Source: an uncultured Planctomycetia bacterium (GTDB lineage Bacteria > Omnitrophota > Gorgyraeia > Duberdicusellales > Duberdicusellaceae). Taken from it: DNA of 64,000 nucleotides. Location: assembly GCA_964634935.1 (NCBI GenBank), contig CAZWJT010000002.1, positions 10,570 to 74,569 of the forward strand, in the 5' to 3' direction. Position 1 is the stretch's first letter; every line of letters starts with the position of its first letter. Below the pieces are notes generated by a model. It did not search any database, was not told the origin of the DNA, and saw nothing but the letters and a program-made list of their open reading frames with translations. The translations under genes were made by a program, and so were the position numbers. Shown here in pieces: positions 57,934 to 64,000 of this stretch.

Positions 57934-58728
57934 ATGAAGCGGACGATTATCACTATTCACAAAGATAAATGCATCGGTTGCGGTATGTGCATAAGCGGAT
58001 GTCCTGAGGGAGCAATAGAGTTAATTGATGGGAAGGCATGCCTGGTGAATGCCAGTCATTGCGATGGGCTGGGTGCGTGCGTCGGAGTGTGTCCATATGG
58101 GGCAATCGAGACGGTTGAAAAAGAAAGTGCCGCTTACAACGAGCAGGCAGTTCTTGAAAGCATTATCCCACAGGGAAAAGAATCGGTTTCTCAACATCTA
58201 CGGCATTTAAAAGAACATCAGCAGTATGAGTATTTACGTGATGCGAAAAAGTATCTTGATCAACACGGTCTCTCGGATTATTATTCTTCAGCGGACAATG
58301 TTCATTCCGCTTGTCCTTTTAGTTCTCCAGAAAGATCATCAGGGATGAAGTCTGACATTGGCAAGAATTTACAACCCTGGCCGATACAGCTTCAACTCGT
58401 GAATCCGGATGCGCTCTTCTTCGAAAATGCGAAAATAGTTATTGCCGCCGATTGTGTTGCCTATCGTTATAGAGATTTTCAAAGCGCGGTTTCTTGGGGC
58501 AGTGTGGTTTTAATATTTTGTCCGAAACTTGATCATGCAAATGAACTTTATCAGGAAAAACTCGTATCGATTTTTAAGGCTCATACCATTCTTTCTGTAA
58601 CTGTTTTTCGAATGGAAGTTCCCTGTTGTTCTGCGTTAAGTAAATTAGTTTTTCAGGCTCAGAAAACTTCTGGAAAGGACTTTTTGATCCAAGAGCAAGT
58701 CATTTCCATTGCTGGCGAGAAACTATAA
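57934..58728 (+). CDS. 4Fe-4S dicluster ferredoxin-domain protein with uncharacterised C-terminal domain
   Basis: CIGCGMCISGCP and CDGLGACVGVCP. Confidence 0.6.
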   Translation: MKRTIITIHKDKCIGCGMCISGCPEGAIELIDGKACLVNASHCDGLGACVGVCPYGAIETVEKESAAYNEQAVLESIIPQGKESVSQHLRHLKEHQQYEYLRDAKKYLDQHGLSDYYSSADNVHSACPFSSPERSSGMKSDIGKNLQPWPIQLQLVNPDALFFENAKIVIAADCVAYRYRDFQSAVSWGSVVLIFCPKLDHANELYQEKLVSIFKAHTILSVTVFRMEVPCCSALSKLVFQAQKTSGKDFLIQEQVISIAGEKL

Positions 58729-58756
58729 AGGAAACCAGATAAGCAAGGAGGATGTT

Positions 58757-60421
58757 ATGGATATGTTGTGTCGTCAATGCGAGCAAACTGCTCGGGGGAC
58801 CGGCTGTACGGTCAAAGGAGTATGCGGTAAAACTCCGGAAACAGCGGGTCTACAGGATTTATTGATTTATTCATTGAAAGGCATTGCTTATTATGGTTGG
58901 CGTGCCGCTGAACTCGGTGTACGAGAATCCAGCGTTGAGCGATTTGTTATCGAAAGCCTTTTTACAACGATTACCAATGTGAATTTTGATCAGCAGGTGA
59001 TCGCTGAGTTGATTTATGCCTCTGTATCAATGAGGGAAAAAATAAGAGATTCTTTTCTGTCCGCCTACAAAGCCAAATACGGTTGTCCATGTACCGACGC
59101 ACTTTCTCAGTCTGCACTTTATATGCCAGAAAAGACAATTGCGGGCTTGCTTGCTCAAGCGTATGCGGTTCGCCAAGAAGCTTTATCCGAAGTGGATTCC
59201 GACACAACGAGCTTACGTGAGATTCTTCTTTTTGGGCTTAAGGGGATGGCCGCATATGCTGATCATGCCGCTCTTTTGGGCAGGGAGGATACGGGGGTGA
59301 ATCTTTTCTTCTATAAAGGTCTTATGGCGCTTGCCGACAAAAACTTTACCTCGGAACGACTCGTCAACTTAATCATGGATTTTGGCCTTCAAAACCTGCG
59401 TTGTATGGAGATTTTGGATGATGGGCATACGGGTACATTCGGGCATCCTGTTCCAACGAAAGTCATTGTTGGGGTCAGGAAGGGTCCAGCGATTATTGTC
59501 TCTGGGCATGATCTCAATGATTTACAGCAGCTCCTTGAACAGACAAAGAACAAAGGAATCAACATCTATACTCACGGTGAGATGCTGCCGGCTCATGGGT
59601 ATCCAGTGCTTAAGGACTATTCTCATTTAGTCGGTCATTTTGGCACGGCTTGGCAGAATCAACAACGTGAATTTGATAATCTACCGGCAGTCATACTCAT
59701 GACAACCAATTGTATCCAAGAACCGCGGACGTCGTATCAAGACAGAATTTTTACTACTGGTCTTGTTCGATGGCCAGGCGTCCGTCATATCAGCGCTCAG
59801 AATGGCAAGAAAGATTTTACGCCAGTTATTGAAAAAGCTCTTGCTTTGGGAGGTTTTAGTGCTGAGAAGCAAGATGCCCAGACCATGGTAGGTTTTTCAC
59901 GCAATGCGGTTCTCAATGTCGCAAGTAAAGTAATTGAACTTGTTCAGACAAAGAAAATCAGGCATTTTTTCCTGGTTGGCGGTTGTGATGGGGCAAAACC
60001 CGGTAGAAATTACTATACCGAATTAGTCAAGAAAATTCCGTCCGATTGTCTGATTCTTACTCTTGCCTGCGGTAAATTTCGATTTAATACCATAGATTTT
60101 GGAACGATAGAAGGTTTGCCGCGCCTGCTCGACTGTGGTCAATGTAACGACGCATACTCTGCGATTCAGATCGCACTGGCCCTGGCAAAAGCATTCCGTT
60201 GCGACGTCAATAGTCTGCCACTTTCTTTAATACTTTCCTGGTATGAACAGAAAGCCGTTTGTATCTTACTTACGCTTCTGGCCCTAGGGGTAAAAAACAT
60301 ACGCATAGGACCTTCTTTGCCTGCGTTCATTTCTCCGAATATACTTACCGTGCTTGTCGAAAAGTTTGGTTTAAAGCCAATTTCAACTCCCGAAGAAGAT
60401 TTGCGTTCAATTTTAGGGTAA
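58757..60421 (+). CDS. hcp: Hybrid-cluster protein / hydroxylamine reductase
   Basis: N-terminal CRQCEQTARGTGC Cys cluster plus the Hcp fold. Start ATG 58757 after AAGGAGGA. Confidence 0.85.
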   Translation: MDMLCRQCEQTARGTGCTVKGVCGKTPETAGLQDLLIYSLKGIAYYGWRAAELGVRESSVERFVIESLFTTITNVNFDQQVIAELIYASVSMREKIRDSFLSAYKAKYGCPCTDALSQSALYMPEKTIAGLLAQAYAVRQEALSEVDSDTTSLREILLFGLKGMAAYADHAALLGREDTGVNLFFYKGLMALADKNFTSERLVNLIMDFGLQNLRCMEILDDGHTGTFGHPVPTKVIVGVRKGPAIIVSGHDLNDLQQLLEQTKNKGINIYTHGEMLPAHGYPVLKDYSHLVGHFGTAWQNQQREFDNLPAVILMTTNCIQEPRTSYQDRIFTTGLVRWPGVRHISAQNGKKDFTPVIEKALALGGFSAEKQDAQTMVGFSRNAVLNVASKVIELVQTKKIRHFFLVGGCDGAKPGRNYYTELVKKIPSDCLILTLACGKFRFNTIDFGTIEGLPRLLDCGQCNDAYSAIQIALALAKAFRCDVNSLPLSLILSWYEQKAVCILLTLLALGVKNIRIGPSLPAFISPNILTVLVEKFGLKPISTPEEDLRSILG

Positions 60422-60430
60422 GCCACGAAA

Positions 60431-60477
60431 AACCCGCACAGCTGATTCGAAAAGGTTGTGCGGGTTTCCTTTTTTTC
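60431..60477 (+). terminator. Rho-independent terminator after hcp
   Basis: AACCCGCACA-N16-TGTGCGGGTT-TCCTTTTTTT. Confidence 0.7.
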
Positions 60478-60487
60478 AAGAAACAGG

Positions 60488-60515
60488 TTTACAACTTTTT
60501 TGCGGCGGATATAAT
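60488..60515 (+). promoter_or_regulatory. Sigma70 promoter TTTACA-N16-TATAAT
   Basis: -35 60488..60493. -10 60510..60515. Upstream of the small ORF and olsBA. Confidence 0.45.
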
Positions 60516-60542
60516 ACACCTATTATAAATTCAGGATGGATA

Positions 60543-60800
60543 ATGCTTCTTTTTTATCTGATTATCTTTATTTCAGGGATCTTTACGTTTTGGACTGTGC
60601 CAGCCCGAGAGTTTCCTTTCATTGGAGACAGCGCGCCTTCTTTTGCCGTTGAAACTACACAAGATTCAGCTCATTTTCTGGATACTGATCGCGGTACAGC
60701 CAAGATGCGCATCGAGCCAGTCTATGCTTCTTATGCGTATTCAGCTTGTTTTTTTGTGAGCAACAATTACCATCCAAAAAACAACCAGAACAATACATGA
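60543..60800 (+). CDS. Small single-TM protein, translationally coupled (ATGA) to olsB
   Basis: MLLFYLIIFISGIFTFW TM helix. Its stop overlaps the olsB ATG 60797. Confidence 0.35.
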   Translation: MLLFYLIIFISGIFTFWTVPAREFPFIGDSAPSFAVETTQDSAHFLDTDRGTAKMRIEPVYASYAYSACFFVSNNYHPKNNQNNT

Positions 60801-61513
60801 GCGTAGTATCTCGGCGTTTTCAGATTATGCGAATTTCTGATGGTATTTTTTTGCAAAAAGCCCAGGCATTGCGCCAACGCGTTTTCTTTGGAAGCCAAGG
60901 GTATGACACGGATCAATACGATTCGTTTTGTACGCATCTTGTCGTCGTTGACAAAACGACAGGTTCGGTTGTTGGTACGTATCGAATGTTGCTGCGTTCG
61001 GAGGCGGAAAAAGGATGCGGTTTCTATTCAGAAAGTGAGTTTGATCTGCGCCGCATACGTGATTATTACCAGGGTGAGATTTTAGAAATAGGCCGGGCAT
61101 GCGTAGATCCTCTCTACCGAAAATACCCGGTTTTGAATAGAATTTGGAAAGAAATTTTTTTGTTTTGCAGTGAACACAAAGTTCAGGTTATTATTGGGTG
61201 TGCAAGTATCCTGGAGCCAAAACCTGATTCTCTAGGGAGAATAAATGCTTTTTTTCGTGCCCATTGTTTTTCATCGGAAGCATTAAGGGTGTATCCGCAT
61301 CCCGGGAAAGCTTATCCATATGATCGATCCGTTTCTTTGCAGCCAGCGGATCATATCGCGAAAACGCTTCCTTCTTTAATCAAAGGATATTTAAATCTAG
61401 GCGCTGTTGTTTGCGGAGATCCGGTGTGGGATGGCGTATTTCAGACGGCAGATTTTTTTATGATGCTGGATTTGACTAAATCACAAACCGCCTATCACCG
61501 TAAGTTTTTATAA
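60797..61513 (+). CDS. olsB: Ornithine-acyl-ACP N-acyltransferase (GNAT-like, OlsB family)
   Basis: OlsB/hemolysin-like acyltransferase family motifs. Confidence 0.65.
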   Translation: MSVVSRRFQIMRISDGIFLQKAQALRQRVFFGSQGYDTDQYDSFCTHLVVVDKTTGSVVGTYRMLLRSEAEKGCGFYSESEFDLRRIRDYYQGEILEIGRACVDPLYRKYPVLNRIWKEIFLFCSEHKVQVIIGCASILEPKPDSLGRINAFFRAHCFSSEALRVYPHPGKAYPYDRSVSLQPADHIAKTLPSLIKGYLNLGAVVCGDPVWDGVFQTADFFMMLDLTKSQTAYHRKFL

Positions 61514-61514
61514 C

Positions 61515-62315
61515 ATGTCTGCGATGCGGTTTTTCTTTTTTTGTCTTGCGCTTTTACTCTGCATCTGCGGTACGGCATTTCTTCAGATTCTCTTTTTTAT
61601 ACCTCGCGCATATCGCCGCCGGGCAATCGCTCTTTTTATCCGTTTTTTTGGGCGAATATTTATTTTTCTTTTAGGTATCCGGGTAAAGATATCGGGGAAA
61701 CTCGATGTTCTTTTTCTAAGGGGTGCATTTTTAGTCTCTAACCATCTTGGATATCTTGATGGGATTATTCTGACAAGTATTTTTCCATTGGTATTTGTCG
61801 CCAGGGCTGATTTACGCACATGGCCAGTTTTTGGTTTTTTTTCGTTTCTTTCAAATACTATTTTTGTAAATCGTACGAATCCAGGGAATATCCGAAATGA
61901 GATTGCCAGGATCCAATCTTTTTTAAAAGACCGGGTTAACGTTGTTCTGTTTCCTGAAGGAACTTCGACCGATGGCATGCGTATGAATCCTTTTAAATCT
62001 TCATTCTTTGAAGCCCCGTTGCAGGCACAAGCCAGTATTTTGCCGATAGCAATTACCTATAGGTATTTGGACGATGTTTTAGTTGATGAAACGAATAAAG
62101 ATCATTTATACTGGTACGGTGATATGCGGTTTTTCCCTCATTTCTTCAGGCTTTTTCAGCATAAATCGATTGACGTGACCGTGGATGTTGCGGAACCGAT
62201 TGCATACGAGGAAAACGTACAAACCCGTAAGGATGTTTGTAATTTGGTTCGCAAGTCTATTCAAGAATCCCTTCAGGCCGCTCAGCGCAATAGTTCCGAA
62301 GCAGTAGAAGCATAG
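61515..62315 (+). CDS. olsA: Lyso-ornithine lipid O-acyltransferase (PlsC family)
   Basis: NHLGYLD (HxxxxD) and FPEGTST motifs. 2 nt after olsB. Confidence 0.65.
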   Translation: MSAMRFFFFCLALLLCICGTAFLQILFFIPRAYRRRAIALFIRFFGRIFIFLLGIRVKISGKLDVLFLRGAFLVSNHLGYLDGIILTSIFPLVFVARADLRTWPVFGFFSFLSNTIFVNRTNPGNIRNEIARIQSFLKDRVNVVLFPEGTSTDGMRMNPFKSSFFEAPLQAQASILPIAITYRYLDDVLVDETNKDHLYWYGDMRFFPHFFRLFQHKSIDVTVDVAEPIAYEENVQTRKDVCNLVRKSIQESLQAAQRNSSEAVEA

Positions 62316-62452
62316 AATCATATACGCACTTCTTGACTTTTGGTCAATACTTCCTTACAATACCGTCGTATAGAAAAAGATCCTTTCGAGCAATATTTCC
62401 AGAGGCGGAGGAGATTTCGTGAAAAATCTCAGGGTTGTAAGCGGAGGATAGT

Positions 62453-62974
62453 ATGGAGCAGACTGAAAATATTTTCTTTGAAGAAATCCAGCAATTTCGC
62501 AGAAAGGTTCATATTGCTATTGCCCTCGGATTCTCGATGCTTTTTTGGGGAGTGGCTTCCTTCTTGTTTTTCATGCGTACTATTTTCCTTGAGGATGTCG
62601 TGTCGGTTCAAGAAGTGCTTCCTGGAGTATTGCTTTTCGGTCTTCTTTTGCCGTGGTTCCTTTATGCTGCCAAATTGATCGTTGAAGTAAGAGCTGACGG
62701 GGTTTACTTTCGATTTTTTCCTTTTCATTGCAAAATGCGGAAAATTCCACTGAGCGCGCTTATAAGCTATGAGCCAAAGCCATGCAATCCCTTGCCAGAT
62801 GTTGGCGGGTTTGGTTTTGGGCGTTTTCCCAAAACGAGAGTATACAATATTTGCGGTACAACGGGCGTACGACTCGAGTTATCCGATGGCAAGGGGATTA
62901 TTTTCGGTTCACAGCGGCCCAAGGAATTTATTGAAGCAATCTCTTTGGTTAAAAAACAGCAGGTTGTTTCATAA
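62453..62974 (+). CDS. Hypothetical membrane protein (2 TM plus PH-like C-terminal domain?)
   Basis: Two hydrophobic helices. No family assigned. Confidence 0.4.
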   Translation: MEQTENIFFEEIQQFRRKVHIAIALGFSMLFWGVASFLFFMRTIFLEDVVSVQEVLPGVLLFGLLLPWFLYAAKLIVEVRADGVYFRFFPFHCKMRKIPLSALISYEPKPCNPLPDVGGFGFGRFPKTRVYNICGTTGVRLELSDGKGIIFGSQRPKEFIEAISLVKKQQVVS

Positions 62975-63032
62975 TGTAAGTAGTCTTTTCAGAGATTACG
63001 GTAAAAAGCGATTCAGAAGAAAGGAGTCTTGT

Positions 63033-63611
63033 ATGGGAAAATCTTTACGCGGCACAGAGACTGAAAAGAATCTTTTAAAGGCATTTGCGGGTGAATCACA
63101 GGCGAGGAACCGCTATACCTATTTCGCGAGTGTTGCGAAAAAAGAAGGATTTGAGCAGATTGCCAATATTTTCGACGAAACCGCCCTGAATGAAAAAGAA
63201 CACGCAAAAGTGTTTTTTAAATATCTTGAAGGAGGGGAAGTTGAAATTACTGCGGCATATCCTGCGGGTATGATACAGAATACGCTCAAAAATCTTGAAG
63301 CTGCTGCCGATGGGGAAAAAATGGAGTGGACGACGCTCTACGCAGATTTTGCTCAAGTTGCGAAGAACGAAGGATTCCCTGAAGTTGCGCGTTCATTTGA
63401 ACAAATCGCCAAAGTAGAAAAGTTCCACGAATCCCGCTACCGGACATTAATTTCTTCTATTGCCGCAGGCGAGGTATTCAAGAAGAAAACGACCGTGAAG
63501 TGGCATTGTATAAATTGTGGATATGTTTTTGAGGGTGCGGAAGCTCCTCGGGAGTGTCCGGCTTGCAAGCATCCACAGTCATTCTACGAGGTTCTGGCGG
63601 AAAATTATTAA
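63033..63611 (+). CDS. rbr: Rubrerythrin
   Basis: Two EXXH ferritin-like motifs and C-terminal rubredoxin CINCGY...CPAC. RBS AAGGAG. ATG 63033, internal to the ORF-track ORF. Confidence 0.85.
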   Translation: MGKSLRGTETEKNLLKAFAGESQARNRYTYFASVAKKEGFEQIANIFDETALNEKEHAKVFFKYLEGGEVEITAAYPAGMIQNTLKNLEAAADGEKMEWTTLYADFAQVAKNEGFPEVARSFEQIAKVEKFHESRYRTLISSIAAGEVFKKKTTVKWHCINCGYVFEGAEAPRECPACKHPQSFYEVLAENY

Positions 63612-63641
63612 GATATCATAATAAACTGCAAAAGAGGAGGC

Positions 63642-64000
63642 ATGATGAAATTCAAACGGGTAGGAGTAGTATTTTTTGTTCTTGGCTTGATTGTTTCTCT
63701 GTTTTTTCTCGGAAATATCCAGGCTCAAGAATTTTCTGCAGACATCGTTTCTAAAGTGTCTGGAACCGAGATGAAGGGGAAAATTTATTCGGCGAAAGAC
63801 AAAGTTCGCATGGAAGCCGGACAGCAAATCACGATAACCAGAATGGATAAAAAACTAGCAATTGTGCTGATGCCGGATCAGAAAATGTATATGGAGATGC
63901 CGATTCAAGGGCAAATTCCAACCCCGATGGACGTGTCTTCTCAGGATACCGCTGATCGTATTTTAGTTGGCACGGAAGTTCTGGAAGGGAAAACGGTTGA
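63642..64000 (+). CDS. Secreted protein, 3'-truncated at the window end (LolA/DUF4412-like?)
   Basis: Signal peptide VVFFVLGLIVSLFFLGNIQAQ. Open to the window end. Confidence 0.4.
   Translation, partial: MMKFKRVGVVFFVLGLIVSLFFLGNIQAQEFSADIVSKVSGTEMKGKIYSAKDKVRMEAGQQITITRMDKKLAIVLMPDQKMYMEMPIQGQIPTPMDVSSQDTADRILVGTEVLEGKTV

Noticed and set aside
1-64000. CRISPR arrays, IS elements, integrases, transposases
   Set aside because: No tandem short repeat-spacer structure, no DDE or tyrosine/serine recombinase-like ORF, and no terminal inverted repeats of IS type were seen.

Overview
This is a 64 kb bacterial chromosomal segment, probably from an anaerobe (electron-bifurcating [FeFe]-hydrogenase HndABCD, hybrid-cluster protein, rubrerythrin). 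Nearly every gene (about 65) is on the + strand; the only convincing minus-strand gene is 47116..47766. Core content includes rdgB (5' truncated), tRNA-Pro, tRNA-Arg and tRNA-His, a PilZ protein, and an operon of an outer-membrane barrel, a lipoprotein and a 1410-aa secreted coiled-coil protein. It also carries gltA, zur-znuACB, an MMPL/LolA-like export cluster, norspermidine biosynthesis (nspC plus carboxynorspermidine dehydrogenase), ilvBN with a leader-peptide attenuator, TolC-MacAB, an ECF sigma/anti-sigma pair, pfkA, purH, a Rrf2-ferredoxin-hcp locus and olsBA. The most interesting region is an accessory island immediately downstream of tRNA-His (about 9.5-18.9 kb) with no integrase or transposase. 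It contains (i) an AbiL/PARIS-like AAA_21 ATPase plus RloB/TOPRIM pair, and (ii) a translationally coupled MazG-like pyrophosphohydrolase plus an 804-aa DUF2075-type PD-(D/E)xK/P-loop helicase. The C terminus of that helicase is a complete LexA/UmuD-type S24 self-cleaving module, with an Ala-Gly site 35 residues before the catalytic Ser. (iii) Next is an SRA-like plus HNH, type-IV-like endonuclease. (iv) Last is a three-gene cassette bounded by a perfect 178-bp direct repeat; the repeat carries a consensus sigma70 promoter, and its second copy drives gltA. A degenerate 45-bp motif sits at the 3' side of each cassette. The MazG / DUF2075-S24 / SRA-HNH operon is my best candidate for an undescribed defense system, possibly triggered by DNA damage.
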